Of a stretch of 64,000 nucleotides of DNA, positions 29,925 to 40,549 are shown in pieces. Both the position numbers and the translations under genes were made by a program. The notes below the pieces were generated by a model. That model saw only the letters and a program-made list of their open reading frames with translations, did no database searches and had not been told where the DNA came from. The stretch's first letter is position 1; each line of letters begins with the position of its first letter. Source of the stretch: an uncultured Verrucomicrobiae bacterium (lineage in GTDB: Bacteria > Verrucomicrobiota > Verrucomicrobiia > Chthoniobacterales > JAATET01); NCBI GenBank assembly GCA_963719495.1, contig CAVRCI010000013.1, forward strand, positions 256,001 through 320,000. Direction: 5' to 3'.

Positions 29925-30353
29925 ATGGACCTCACAAAAACCGCACCTCGCAAACCCAGCACCCGTCTGGGCAACTACGTCATCCTCGCCCGCGCCATCG
30001 ACAAAGGTCACGCCGAGATCAACGGCAACGTCGGCGATTACCACTTCGACTGCCCGCTCGACAACCTGCTCTTCGACTTCAAGGAAGTGAAGGGATCCGA
30101 CATCCGCGAGCTGCTCGAAAATGGCGGCACCGACGAAGAGATCGTCGCCTGGCTCGACACCCACGGCACCAGCAAGACGCCCGAAGAAGTTGCCGCCTGG
30201 TCCGACCAGATGGACGCCGTCAATCCCTACAACGATCCCGAGAAAAAGGAATGGTTCGCCGAGCAGGTCGCGCCCCTCGGCCTCGACCCCGCCACAACCA
30301 CACTCTTCGAGTGGCTCGAAGCCGATGACAAGGCGAGCTACGCGAACGCGTAG
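29925..30353 (+). CDS. DUF5069-like protein
   Basis: MDLTKTAPRKP..LGNYVILARAIDK..YHFDCPLD..LFEWLEADD; real start at 29925 inside the longer ORF. Confidence 0.8.
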   Translation: MDLTKTAPRKPSTRLGNYVILARAIDKGHAEINGNVGDYHFDCPLDNLLFDFKEVKGSDIRELLENGGTDEEIVAWLDTHGTSKTPEEVAAWSDQMDAVNPYNDPEKKEWFAEQVAPLGLDPATTTLFEWLEADDKASYANA

Positions 30354-30556
30354 TCGATTGAACGTCGCGCGGCCTCTCTGACCCGATCACGGAGACCGCG
30401 CCGCCGACGGGCGGCTCCGCTTGCCGGAAGATTGCTTGGTCTCGACGGACCGTCTTCCGCCACCTCGTGCGACGCCCGTTCCCCCGGTAGGATCTCGCCG
30501 ACTTCAATTCTTTACCCGCGACGCCGCGAGCTTCGCGGCCGTGGACTCCACTCGGA

Positions 30557-30943
30557 TCACTCCCAGCGCCCGGCCCGCCAATACCGTTGGCCATCCCGCA
30601 CCGTCAGCTGCGGGGCGACGTAGATCGACTTGTCCGCGGGCCGGTCCGCCCAGCCTCCGCTGAACCACACCCATCCGCCCCGCCTCCAGACGTAGTGCCC
30701 GTCGATGTGGACCGGGTCCAACATGTCCTCCGGCACTTCGGCGCGCTCGGTTGGAACGCGGGGTGGCGGCGGATCGCTCGGCACCGCCACCGGCCGCGCC
30801 TGGAGATACGCGGACGCTTCCTTGAGGCCATCGACGGTGTTCGAACCGACTGGCGGGACCGATTCGAACCGTTTGGTTTGCCGATTGTAGGCGCAGCCCG
30901 TGAGGAGCGAGAAGACGAGGGTGCCTATGAAAAACCGAATCAT
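30557..30943 (-). CDS. Lipoprotein with YXWGXW-like repeats
   Basis: Lipobox LLTGC; GHYVWRRGGWVWFSGGW and YWRAGRW. Confidence 0.75.
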   Translation of the reverse strand: MIRFFIGTLVFSLLTGCAYNRQTKRFESVPPVGSNTVDGLKEASAYLQARPVAVPSDPPPPRVPTERAEVPEDMLDPVHIDGHYVWRRGGWVWFSGGWADRPADKSIYVAPQLTVRDGQRYWRAGRWE

Positions 30944-30990
30944 ACCGCGGTCATACCGACGGCCCCCCGGCAGCGACGAGGAGTAAATTG

Positions 30991-31731
30991 TCAAAATTTC
31001 GACGCTTTCAGAGCCGCTTCGGCGACCGCGACATCCGCGGGAGTGTCCACCCCGACCGCCCGGTTGTCCGTGGGGATCACCCGGATCCTCGCCCCGTGCT
31101 CGAGCGCACGGAGTTGCTCCAGTTTCTCGCAGGTCTCCAACGCCGTCGGCGGCCATTTCACGTAATCGAGCAGGAACGTCCGCCGATAGCCGTAGACGCC
31201 GAGGTGATGAAGAGGGATCACCGGAGAATCCCGGTCCCGATCAAATGGGATCCGGCTCCGCGAGAAATACAGCGCGTTTCCGGCCAGATTGATCACCACC
31301 TTCACGTTGTTCGGGTCGTTGGCCGCTTCCGGATCCCGGAAGGGGGTCGCCGCCGTGATCATCTCCAAATCCTCATCCGCCTCGATCGCTTCAATGAGCT
31401 GATCGACCAACCGCGGCGAGATCGTCGGTTCGTCTCCCTGCACGTTGATCACGTGCGAGAATTCCGTGAGCCCGGCGGCCACTTCCGCCAACCGGTCCGA
31501 CCCGGTCGGGTGCGTCGGCGACGTCATCACCGCTTCCGCCCCAAATCGCACGGCCGCCTCCCGAATCCGCTCATCATCCGTCGCGATGATCACCCGCCCG
31601 GCCCGCCCGCTCGCGACGCAGCGCTCCCACGTCTGCTGAACGAGCGGCTTCCCGCAGATTTCCGCAAGCGGCTTGCCCGGGAATCGGGTCGATCCCCAGC
31701 GGGCCGGGATGATGATGACCGTCCGATTCAC
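30991..31731 (-). CDS. kdsB: 3-deoxy-manno-octulosonate cytidylyltransferase
   Basis: IIPARWGSTRFPGKPLA, IATDD, GSDR, INVQGDEP, LYFSR, EKLEQLRALE, GVDTPAD. Confidence 0.97.
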   Translation of the reverse strand: MNRTVIIIPARWGSTRFPGKPLAEICGKPLVQQTWERCVASGRAGRVIIATDDERIREAAVRFGAEAVMTSPTHPTGSDRLAEVAAGLTEFSHVINVQGDEPTISPRLVDQLIEAIEADEDLEMITAATPFRDPEAANDPNNVKVVINLAGNALYFSRSRIPFDRDRDSPVIPLHHLGVYGYRRTFLLDYVKWPPTALETCEKLEQLRALEHGARIRVIPTDNRAVGVDTPADVAVAEAALKASKF

Positions 31732-32294
31732 GCCCGAGACCTTTCCCGTTCCAGGATCCAGTCGATCGCCTCGTTGACGTCCCGCGCCACGAAATCGGCC
31801 CCGCAATCCCGGTGCTTCCCGCCGTGTCCCGTGAGGACCAGGATGCCCGGCATCCCGGCATTGTGACCGCAGGCGACGTCCATCGCCTTGTCCCCGACGA
31901 AGTAGGCCCGCGACAGGTCGACGCTCAAATCGCGGGCGGCTTCTTCAAGCATCCCGACGCCGGGCTTGCGGCGGGGCGACGCCGAAGTCGGCAGATCCGC
32001 GCTGAAATACGCGCCATCGATCTCGCCGCCGAGCTGACTCAACAGCTCGTCGTGAACGGAGTGATACTGATCGAGCGAGATGCGGCCCCGCGGGATTCCG
32101 CTTTGGTTCGTGATGATCACTCGCGCCCAGCCCAACTCGCGAAGCCGGGCCAGTCGGCCGGCGACTCCGGGCACGGCCCGCACGTCGGCCGGGTCGTTGC
32201 AGTAGTCGACCTCGTCCATGAGGGTCCCGTCGCGATCGAAGAAGACGACCGGGCGGAAAGATTTTCGATTTCCGATTTCCGATTTCCGATTCAC
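31728..32294 (-). CDS. gmhB: D-glycero-D-manno-heptose 1,7-bisphosphate phosphatase
   Basis: FFDRDGTL, ITNQSGI, RRKPGVGM, FVGDK; N-terminus encoded by a heptamer repeat. Confidence 0.88.
   Translation of the reverse strand: MNRKSEIGNRKSFRPVVFFDRDGTLMDEVDYCNDPADVRAVPGVAGRLARLRELGWARVIITNQSGIPRGRISLDQYHSVHDELLSQLGGEIDGAYFSADLPTSASPRRKPGVGMLEEAARDLSVDLSRAYFVGDKAMDVACGHNAGMPGILVLTGHGGKHRDCGADFVARDVNEAIDWILERERSRA
32260..32294 (-). repeat. Heptamer tandem repeat (GGAAATC) at the gmhB 5' end
   Basis: Plus strand gattttc gatttcc gatttcc gatttcc gattcac. Confidence 0.9.
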
Positions 32295-32351
32295 GTGGCG
32301 ACGGGAGTTGACCCACGATCCGACGTCCAGAATCTCGATTCCAAAATCAAC

Positions 32352-34724
32352 TCACCAGTAACTGAACCCGAGGTCCGAGCGGAACAATCCGGCGCGTGGC
32401 TCGAAGAAGAAGCGAGCGTAGATGCTCGCAAATCCTTCGTTGTAGTCCGCCGTCACCGAGTAGGAGAGTTTCGAGCCGACCATGAAGTTCGGCGTCACGA
32501 GCACGCCGGCTTCCGCGTTGACCAGAAAGATGCCCGTCGTCGAATCGGTGCCTTCGTATTCCCGACCATCGTCGTCGAGCGGAAGCACCGCCGCGGACGA
32601 CTGCTTGTTCTGCTGGAGACCACCGCCGATGCTGCCCGACAAGAGGAAATTCTGGCCCTCGGCCGTCAGGAACTGCGCGTCGAGGATACCCTGCACGATG
32701 TATTCCGGGCTGAAGTATCCGCCGTGGCCGTAGGTGAAGAAATTCTGGTTGTTGTCGAAGGTCTCGTACGAGACGGCGGGTCCGATCGAGATGTATTCGA
32801 AGCCCCGGGGCTTGAAGATCCGGGAGGCGGACGCCACGAGCGACAGGTGGTTGTTGCTCTTGGTGTTCACACCCGTGATCTCGCCGTACTTCACCTTGCC
32901 GAAGACGGTGTAGTCCTTCAGGAAGCCCTGGAAAACTTCGAACGATCCACCCGTCTCCTGCACGCGGCCCCATTCGCGGTCGGTGTAGGGATCCTGGGAG
33001 CCGACGTAACTCGTGACCGACTCACGGATCGACTGCGAGTAGAACTCACCCTTGATGTATCCCGTGTTGTAGCGGTATTCCAACCCAGCGCGTCCGATGG
33101 GACTCGCGTCGAGGTCGGCGTTGAGCGGAGTCGTGCCGATCTCGAGGTAGGGCGTGAGGAAGCCTTGGTATTCGACCCGGATCTTGGCTTCGAACAAATC
33201 GTTGTAACCCGTGGCGACGTTGCGCTCGAAGCGGGAGAATTCCAACGGCACCGTGCCGACGAATGCGCCGTTCGTCCGGCTGCCCGACTGGAGCATCAGC
33301 AGCGCGGCTTTCGCGGTGACGAGAACCCGCTCGTAGGGCGAGAATTTCCCCTCGATGACGGGCGTCCGAGCGGTCTGCAAACGGGACTCACCCCGTTGGC
33401 CGGACTTCTGGGAGTACTCGAATCCGACGGCGATGCTCGGCGAATCGAAGTTCGCGAGCGCCGGATTGTTCCGCTCGTTGGCTTCGTAAGCGGCGAGGTA
33501 GAGTCCGGCGCGCTCGTAGGCATTCGTTTGGTAGGTGGCCAGGATCTCGGTGAGTGGTCCCGGGCATCGGGCGGCGACGTCGGCGAGGCGGTCGAAATCC
33601 TTGAGTCGACTCAAGGCCGCGTAGAGCCCCTCGGCGCTCGGGCGGTCGGGGCTGACGCGGTAGAGGTCCTGAAAAATGTTCGCCGATGAGTTGTAGTCCC
33701 GCAGGTAGTAGTAGGACCAACCGCGGATGATCTGTTCGTTGCGACCGAGCTTGCGGTATTTCGCCGCGCGGTCCAGCGCGTTGATCGCGCGGGCGTATTG
33801 GCGGTCCTCGTAGTCCTCGGTGGCGCGGCGAACGAGAATGTCGCCGAGGAGCGTCTTCATCTTCGGATGGGAATTCACACGGTATCCCGCGATGGCCTCC
33901 GCCTGCGACAGGTCACCCTGGGTGAACTTCGTGAGCGCGAGGCCGTAGTAGGAAGCGCCCAGATCGGTGTCCCACGCGATGGACTGCTCGAACCACAGGG
34001 CCGCCGATGGGTAGTCCTTGCGGTTGAAATTCGCCCAGCCGATCTGCTGGGCGAGGTCGGCATCGCGATTGGCGCGGGCGCGGGCCATGGCCTGCGCGAG
34101 ACGCTCGCCGGAGAGGGCGGTATTGACGGCTGGCTCCGGGCGGGGGCGCGGACGGGTCGAAGTCGCCGTGCTCGTGCGGCGGGTCGCGGTGGACTGATAG
34201 GTCCGCGTCGGAGCCGGGGTCGGTGTCGGGCGCGGGGCCGAGGTGACTTCGAGTTCCTCGGACTCATCCTCGATGATGACGGGAGTGACGGATGTCGCGG
34301 AACGAATCGGCGTCGACGGCCGGGTATCCGGGAAATCGAGGGTCTCCTCATCTTCGAAAATGTCCACCGTTTCGGGAGTCGAGCGGATCGTCGGGGGTTC
34401 GATTTCGGCCGGCTCGAAGGTCGTCGGAGCGACGGCGGGACGCAGGACCGGAGTTGGTGCCGGGGTCGGGGAGGAGCCGGGAACGACCGGAACGAAGAGC
34501 GAATCCGGGGCTGGCGTCGTGCCCGGGGTGCCGGCTGGCAGTGGGATCGTCCCCGGAGGATCGTTCGTGAGGATGTCGTCGGTCGCATCGACGAGCGGAT
34601 CCTGCTGCGCGATCTGCGCCTCGGTCGACCGAACACCTCCAACCCAGCCCGCGGCCACGCACAAAATCAGGGTGTAGGTTTTTAGTCTTCCGTCAAACAA
34701 GCTGGGAATGTCTCGGCGTTTCAT
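32352..34724 (-). CDS. bcsC: BcsC-like outer-membrane cellulose export protein (Pro/Thr-rich N-terminus, few TPRs, beta-barrel)
   Basis: Signal peptide, TPR-like helices, NQNFFTYGHGGYFSP motif, terminal aromatic FSYW; last gene of the bcs operon. Confidence 0.8.
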   Translation of the reverse strand: MKRRDIPSLFDGRLKTYTLILCVAAGWVGGVRSTEAQIAQQDPLVDATDDILTNDPPGTIPLPAGTPGTTPAPDSLFVPVVPGSSPTPAPTPVLRPAVAPTTFEPAEIEPPTIRSTPETVDIFEDEETLDFPDTRPSTPIRSATSVTPVIIEDESEELEVTSAPRPTPTPAPTRTYQSTATRRTSTATSTRPRPRPEPAVNTALSGERLAQAMARARANRDADLAQQIGWANFNRKDYPSAALWFEQSIAWDTDLGASYYGLALTKFTQGDLSQAEAIAGYRVNSHPKMKTLLGDILVRRATEDYEDRQYARAINALDRAAKYRKLGRNEQIIRGWSYYYLRDYNSSANIFQDLYRVSPDRPSAEGLYAALSRLKDFDRLADVAARCPGPLTEILATYQTNAYERAGLYLAAYEANERNNPALANFDSPSIAVGFEYSQKSGQRGESRLQTARTPVIEGKFSPYERVLVTAKAALLMLQSGSRTNGAFVGTVPLEFSRFERNVATGYNDLFEAKIRVEYQGFLTPYLEIGTTPLNADLDASPIGRAGLEYRYNTGYIKGEFYSQSIRESVTSYVGSQDPYTDREWGRVQETGGSFEVFQGFLKDYTVFGKVKYGEITGVNTKSNNHLSLVASASRIFKPRGFEYISIGPAVSYETFDNNQNFFTYGHGGYFSPEYIVQGILDAQFLTAEGQNFLLSGSIGGGLQQNKQSSAAVLPLDDDGREYEGTDSTTGIFLVNAEAGVLVTPNFMVGSKLSYSVTADYNEGFASIYARFFFEPRAGLFRSDLGFSYW

Positions 34725-34733
34725 GATCCTGGG

Positions 34734-35849
34734 TCAATGCTTTTCTGCCGCCGCCCGGTCGCGGATGGCGAGTTTGGTGAGCAGCTTCAAGCTTGCCGAA
34801 TAGTAGACTTCATCCGCGAGCACGGGCGGGATGTCCCGCACCGTAATCGAGGCATTCCGAGCGCTTGCCAGCGTGAAGCGGGCGATGGCGTCCATGCCGG
34901 GAAGCATGGGATGCGGCCCCGGCTCGCCGTCGCGGAGATTCACTTCGGCCGGGAGCGGATTCGTGGCGGAACGCCCACCCCAATACTCCGCGTAACGTTC
35001 CAGGAGCGACGGATTGGGCCCCGCCCAAGCGACGTGGAGCGGGACGCGGATGGCGTCGTATCCGGTGAGCGGATCCTTGTCGATGGGGAGTTTGACCGCG
35101 AGCGGCCCGACGGTCGCCCAGTTGGGATTGAGGGCGACCTCGCCGAAGCGGGCCACCCCGAGGAGCCGCCGACCGCCCGCGTCGAGGTCGTCCCAGCGCT
35201 CGGAGGGGAACACGCGCTCGAGTTCCTGGTAAGCGGGGAAAACCACGTAGGACGGGTTGAGCAGCAACCCATCCTCCCGCTGGAAACCCATCAGGCCCGG
35301 CAGCATCTGGAGACCCAGGTCGGAATCGACCACCGCCAGTCGAAAGAAATCGGTGATGATCTGGGCGGCCGAAGCCTGGTAGGGATAATGGTCCCAACGC
35401 TGCGCGGCCCGCACCAACGCCCAGGCGATGAGGAGATCGCCGTCGCTGGCGTTGTTCGGATCGTCCACCTTCCCGCCGTCTTCCGGCTGGTAGCGCCAAC
35501 TGAAAAGATGGTCGTCGGAGCGGCGGAGCGTCTCCTGGGTCCACTTCCACATCCGATCGAAGGCCACCCGGTCATCGAACGCTTCGGCGAGAAGCATTCC
35601 GTAGCCCTGACCTTCGGAGTGGGAGACGTCGGCGTTGCCCGTGTCGACCACGCGGCCACTCTCGTCGAGGAAGCGTTTCTTGAAGAGCTGCCAGTCGGCG
35701 CTCGGGAGGGCGTTGGGGTCTCGCGGCCAGAAAACGACCAGCAGAACGACCGCCGCGACTCCGGCCAGCAAAAGCCAGAGCCGAAAGCGTCGACCTTTCG
35801 CGGCCGCGGGTGTCGCGTCGCGATCGGGGTGGGCTTTTCGCCGACTCAT
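34734..35849 (-). CDS. bcsZ: GH8 endoglucanase
   Basis: GRVVDTGN, SHSEGQGYGML, NNASDGDLLIAWAL, NPSY, YDAIRVPL. Confidence 0.93.
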   Translation of the reverse strand: MSRRKAHPDRDATPAAAKGRRFRLWLLLAGVAAVVLLVVFWPRDPNALPSADWQLFKKRFLDESGRVVDTGNADVSHSEGQGYGMLLAEAFDDRVAFDRMWKWTQETLRRSDDHLFSWRYQPEDGGKVDDPNNASDGDLLIAWALVRAAQRWDHYPYQASAAQIITDFFRLAVVDSDLGLQMLPGLMGFQREDGLLLNPSYVVFPAYQELERVFPSERWDDLDAGGRRLLGVARFGEVALNPNWATVGPLAVKLPIDKDPLTGYDAIRVPLHVAWAGPNPSLLERYAEYWGGRSATNPLPAEVNLRDGEPGPHPMLPGMDAIARFTLASARNASITVRDIPPVLADEVYYSASLKLLTKLAIRDRAAAEKH

Positions 35850-35879
35850 GGGCTGGTCACCGGACGTCGAGCCGCAACG

Positions 35880-38201
35880 CTACGACTTGGCGGTTGGTTT
35901 TTCGCGCTTGCTCAGGAGGACCTTCAGCAGGAGAGCCAGGAGTCCCAGCGCGCCGAAGACGATGATCGTGAAGAGCAGCGGATTCCGATTGAAGCGATTG
36001 GTCGCCTGGAAGACCGCGGAACTGACGCCGTAGACGAACTCCGGCCCAACGCTCGCGACCGCCAGGGTCTTCGAGCTCTTGTTGTTCCAGACCATCAAAT
36101 TGCCGGCGAGATTGTCCCAATAGCGGCGATCCTGCAGGTTGTAGAGACCGCGGTAGAGGGTCTCGGACGTCGGCGCGGTGAAGACCGCGGCGGCGTATCC
36201 CGTGTGGTAGGGGTTCTCGTAGGAGAAGGCGATCGAGTCATCCTTCGCTTCCGATTGCATGACCATCGAGACGGTCTCGGGCTGCCCGGGTTCGCCGCGC
36301 TCGATGTCGGTGCCGCGGACCTTGGCGAGGAATTCCTCGACCGGCCCAACGGCGCTGGCTTCCGGCTTCGGACTCACGCTCACGACGTAGCGGGCGCGAC
36401 CGAGCTTCTGCGGCGAGACGGGAGCGTTCTGCATGAGCTCGTCCGGCAGCGTGTCGATGGTGCCGACAACGACGATGTTCTTCTCGCTCTTGGGAACCTG
36501 GAACGTCATCTCGGCCCGGTTGAGGATCGACCCGTTGATCTGCGCCAGTTTGCCCATCAGCATCCAGGCGGCGCAAATCGTCGTGTTGTCACGCTCGGTC
36601 ACCATCATCGCGAGGTCGAAACCGTCCGGTGCGGCGGTGAAGGGATAGCCCGTCTGCGAGAAGAGGGTAAAATTCGGCAGTCGCGTCTTCTTCGCGAGGC
36701 GCGGGATCACCATGTCGGAGTCGTTGTAGAGAGTGAAGAGCAGGTTCTCGACTTGCTGGAGTTCGCATTGATCCGTGATGAGCGGGACCATCCGGGGCGC
36801 GATGTCGACGACGTTTCGACCCGGCTGGAAGGCCTTGACCGGGAGATAAACCCGGAAGTCGTCGTGGACGTCACCCCGGATCTGATCCAGGCGGATCGCG
36901 TATTGGAATTCCTGGTTGACGAAGATGTTCAGCACCGAATCCGAGCGCAGGGCCGCGCCGTAGACGAAGTGCAGGCGGAGCTCGACGTTGCTCGAATCCT
37001 CACCCGACAGACTGCCGGGCATGTAGGCTTCGATCTGGTACGATCCGGTGTTGAAACCCTTGATCGTGCGCATCTTCTTGTAACCCAACTGGCGGAAACT
37101 GTAGATGCCGGGATCCATGATTGGAGCGTTCTTGACGTAGAACGGTTTCTCCGGGAAATCGATCTGGTCGATCTGCGCGTATTGCGAATCCGGCAGCGGG
37201 AAGTTGATGAGCGAGAAGGCGTAGGCCGCCTGGGCCACTTCTTCGTAGCTCCGACCGCTGATGAGCAGCATGAAGTGCTCCGGATCTCCGGGCAGCGGCT
37301 TCACGGCGATGAAACTTCCGGCGATCGAACCCTGCTCGGCCGACGTGAGGTAGGGGGTCAGCTCGCTGGCGGTCCCGACCACGATGTTGTCGACGCCGGC
37401 GGCCAGCGCGTTGCCGGTCGTCACGACGGCGGGGCGGTAATCGAGATTGAGCGTCGCACCCTGCGTGATGACGGACCCGAGGGACAGGGATTCTTCGGTC
37501 ATTCCCGAGCCGGTGCCACCGGGCATGCAGATGTTGAACTTGTAGGGGTCCCAGAGCTTCTGATCGATCAAGTCGCGGATCAGCGAGAGTTTCGGGTAGA
37601 TCTCGTTCATCGCGACGACCGCTTCGAAGTAGCTCTCGTCGGGCAGGATCTCGGTGTAGAGCTCCGGCGCGGCGGGCTCCTCGCACTCGAGGGTGTAGTG
37701 CTGGGCGACGATGAACTGGAGTTCGTTCGAGGCGAGGTTGAAATACTCGAGCGGGACTTCGATATCGACGTTGTGGTTCGGCTGGTCGCGGGTGAGGTAA
37801 AACTGCCCGATGATCTTGTCGTTCAAGACGACCCGCAGCACGGAGCGTTCGCTCAGCAGGGCGATCGAGTTCGTGAAACGCAGGTGGAGCTTGACGCTCT
37901 TGAGGTCGTAGCGCGGGGAGAGTGGCACGTAGACCGTGTAGGTGCTGGTCGAGTTCCGCAGAAAGATCGGCTCCTCCGCGCCGATGAGCTGGCGGAGGGG
38001 AAGGCGGATGATCGAAGACTCCCCGGCGACGCGCTGGTCGGACTGAGCGGCGACTCCGACCGACCGCTGCGGCCCGGCGGGCACCGCCGGCGGCGTGGGT
38101 GGAGTGGTGCGCTGAGCTGACGATTCCGACAACGGCGCGAGCCAAAGCAGGGGTAGTATGATGGCGAGCCATCCCCGGTTGAGTCGTTCCTGGTTTTTCA
38201 T
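35880..38201 (-). CDS. bcsB: Cellulose synthase periplasmic subunit
   Basis: Signal peptide, SVLRVVLND, QHYTLECEEPAAPELYTEI, second CBD with Cys, LPNFTLFSQTGYPFT, C-terminal TM. Confidence 0.92.
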   Translation of the reverse strand: MKNQERLNRGWLAIILPLLWLAPLSESSAQRTTPPTPPAVPAGPQRSVGVAAQSDQRVAGESSIIRLPLRQLIGAEEPIFLRNSTSTYTVYVPLSPRYDLKSVKLHLRFTNSIALLSERSVLRVVLNDKIIGQFYLTRDQPNHNVDIEVPLEYFNLASNELQFIVAQHYTLECEEPAAPELYTEILPDESYFEAVVAMNEIYPKLSLIRDLIDQKLWDPYKFNICMPGGTGSGMTEESLSLGSVITQGATLNLDYRPAVVTTGNALAAGVDNIVVGTASELTPYLTSAEQGSIAGSFIAVKPLPGDPEHFMLLISGRSYEEVAQAAYAFSLINFPLPDSQYAQIDQIDFPEKPFYVKNAPIMDPGIYSFRQLGYKKMRTIKGFNTGSYQIEAYMPGSLSGEDSSNVELRLHFVYGAALRSDSVLNIFVNQEFQYAIRLDQIRGDVHDDFRVYLPVKAFQPGRNVVDIAPRMVPLITDQCELQQVENLLFTLYNDSDMVIPRLAKKTRLPNFTLFSQTGYPFTAAPDGFDLAMMVTERDNTTICAAWMLMGKLAQINGSILNRAEMTFQVPKSEKNIVVVGTIDTLPDELMQNAPVSPQKLGRARYVVSVSPKPEASAVGPVEEFLAKVRGTDIERGEPGQPETVSMVMQSEAKDDSIAFSYENPYHTGYAAAVFTAPTSETLYRGLYNLQDRRYWDNLAGNLMVWNNKSSKTLAVASVGPEFVYGVSSAVFQATNRFNRNPLLFTIIVFGALGLLALLLKVLLSKREKPTAKS

Positions 38202-38235
38202 AAGTGTGAGGTTGCTGTTCGGCGGGCCGAAGGGT

Positions 38236-40473
38236 TCACGAGATGGGTTTGGCACCGGAATTCATGGTGCGGCTCGAGCGTTCCTTCCGCATGGACCCGA
38301 GCAGGAGGAGGCCAAGGTGCTCGATCGTGTAGCGGACACCGGCCGACATCAGGTAGAGCGCGCTTCCACCCACGCCCTTGCCGCCGCGGCGGGACTCGAG
38401 GAAGTCGACCCAGCGCTGGCTGCTGCCGTTCACGAAAGCGATCTTGCGTTTGAGTTCGTCGATGCCGTCGTGCTTGAAATTACACCCGAGCATGAGGGTG
38501 CGGTCGCGGTAACGGAGATTGCGAATCACCATGTTGAACTCGCCGGGATCGATGTCGTGGGTGATGTCGGGTCGTAGCGTGATGCGGTGCTCGGGCCGCA
38601 GCATCGGCTCGTAGGCGGCGTCGATGGCGAGGCTGAATCCGCCGTTCGACATGTCGCGGATCTCGACCGGAAACTGGCGTTCACCCAAGAACATGTTCGC
38701 GGGGATGCTGCACGCGATGCGCGCCCAGGAGCGCATCTGCCTGCGCTCGAGCAACGCGCCGAGGCAGGCCAGGAGAATGAAGATATTGAAGAGCGCCCAG
38801 AACATCGTGATGCCCGTCGCGAATTCCTGCGTCCCGGTGGGCGACAGCGCGTAGCGGTAGGCACCGGCGGCGAAAGCGAGGACGTTGAGCAGCAGAAAGA
38901 TGTAGAAGGGCTTGGCCAGGGGACTGATGAAATCCCGGTCGAGAATCTCGCCCTTGGCGGTCACGTTGAACGACGGAGCCCGCGGGTTCAGGAAGACCTT
39001 CACGATGGCCGGGAAGGTGTACATCGACTGCATCAGCTCGTAGAGCTCGGAGACGAACGTCCAGCGCACCTTGCCGAACATGAAGTTCGACACCAGGGTC
39101 ACGGCGACAAGGTGGGGACCGGCGAACGCCAGGAAGTCGATGAAGTTGGAGTCGTAGATCTTGAGGGAGAAGAACAGGAACGCCAGCGGCGACAGCATGA
39201 ACGTCAGCCGCGCGAACGGGAAGAACCAGAAGAAACTGCTGCTCAGGTAGCACAGTCGCTGCGGCGGCGTGAGACCGCGGACGAGCATGGGATTTTTCAG
39301 CAGGAAAATCTGGACCATGCCCTGCGCCCAACGGATCCGCTGCGTCACGAAGCCGCCGAGGGTCTCGGGCGACAGGCCCGAGATCATCGGGCGGTCGATG
39401 TAGGCGCTGTGGTAGCCGAGCGAATGCAGGGTGAGCGCGGTCTCGGCATCCTCGGTGATCGTCTCGCCGACCACACCGCCGACCTTCTGCAGGAACTCGC
39501 GCCGCATGACGGCCGCCGATCCGCAGAAGAACGCGGAATTCCAGAAATCGAGACCCCGCTGGATCTCGGCGTAGAACATCTCGTTCTCACTCGGCATCGA
39601 GCGCCACGTCTTGAGGTTTTTCTCGATCGGATCCGGGTTCGTGAAGAAATGGGGCGACTGCACGAGGAACATCTTCGGATCCCGCAGGAACCAGCCGCAC
39701 GTGTTGCGGGCGATGTCGACGGTGGGGATGTGATCGGCGTCGAGGATGAGGATGAGGGCGCCGTCGCTGACCTCCATCGCGTTGTTCAGATTACCCGCCT
39801 TGGCGTGGAGGTTCTTGGCGCGGGTGACGTAGTGGGCCCCGGACGCTTCGCAGAGTTGCTTGAGATTCTTCCGGCGATCGCGGGCCTGCGCGGCCTTGGC
39901 GGGGTCGCTCATGTTGCAGCGCTGGTCGGTGCCGCCGTCGTCGCAGAGGTAGACGTTCAGCTTGTCCGCCGGATATTCGATCGCGAGGGCGGCGAGCAGG
40001 GTGACCTCGAGGATCTCGCGCTCTTCGTTGTAGGTCGGGATCAGGACGTCGAGCGTCGGCCAATCGGCTTCGTCCTCCGGCAGCGGCTCGATCTCGCGCT
40101 TGAGCGGGTCGATGTTTACGAAAATACTGAGGCCGTAGATGATGAAGCCGTAGAGCTCCGCGAGGTAGAGGATGATCGCGAGCGAGAAACTGATCAGATC
40201 GTAATAGGTGAGCGTCGTGAACGTCCGCCAGAAGACGTAGTCGATCGACAGAAACGCGCCGATGCTCAGGTAGACGACCCGGACGTTTTCCGAACGCTTG
40301 AAGAAGCTGAGGACGATCAGAATGACCAATCCGACGGTGCCAACCGCGAGCTGGGTCGACGTCGTGATGTTCGCCGCGAAGAACAACATCACGAGGACCA
40401 TCAATCCGATGGCCGCCGCACGGTAGGGCGCTTTGTTTTCGATCGAGTCGAAGTTGAAATTGAAACCCTTCAA
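38236..40473 (-). CDS. bcsA: Cellulose synthase catalytic subunit (GT2 plus PilZ)
   Basis: IPTYNE, DDG, HAKAGNLN, DADH, FFCGS, TED, QRIRW, FNVTAK, PilZ RSWAR and DMSNGG. Confidence 0.97.
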   Translation of the reverse strand: MKGFNFNFDSIENKAPYRAAAIGLMVLVMLFFAANITTSTQLAVGTVGLVILIVLSFFKRSENVRVVYLSIGAFLSIDYVFWRTFTTLTYYDLISFSLAIILYLAELYGFIIYGLSIFVNIDPLKREIEPLPEDEADWPTLDVLIPTYNEEREILEVTLLAALAIEYPADKLNVYLCDDGGTDQRCNMSDPAKAAQARDRRKNLKQLCEASGAHYVTRAKNLHAKAGNLNNAMEVSDGALILILDADHIPTVDIARNTCGWFLRDPKMFLVQSPHFFTNPDPIEKNLKTWRSMPSENEMFYAEIQRGLDFWNSAFFCGSAAVMRREFLQKVGGVVGETITEDAETALTLHSLGYHSAYIDRPMISGLSPETLGGFVTQRIRWAQGMVQIFLLKNPMLVRGLTPPQRLCYLSSSFFWFFPFARLTFMLSPLAFLFFSLKIYDSNFIDFLAFAGPHLVAVTLVSNFMFGKVRWTFVSELYELMQSMYTFPAIVKVFLNPRAPSFNVTAKGEILDRDFISPLAKPFYIFLLLNVLAFAAGAYRYALSPTGTQEFATGITMFWALFNIFILLACLGALLERRQMRSWARIACSIPANMFLGERQFPVEIRDMSNGGFSLAIDAAYEPMLRPEHRITLRPDITHDIDPGEFNMVIRNLRYRDRTLMLGCNFKHDGIDELKRKIAFVNGSSQRWVDFLESRRGGKGVGGSALYLMSAGVRYTIEHLGLLLLGSMRKERSSRTMNSGAKPIS

Positions 40474-40549
40474 ATCAGCAGCGTCTTGGTCGAATCAGCT
40501 CCGCGGACAAATCACGTGGTAAAATGGAAATCGGTCCGCTCACGAATCC

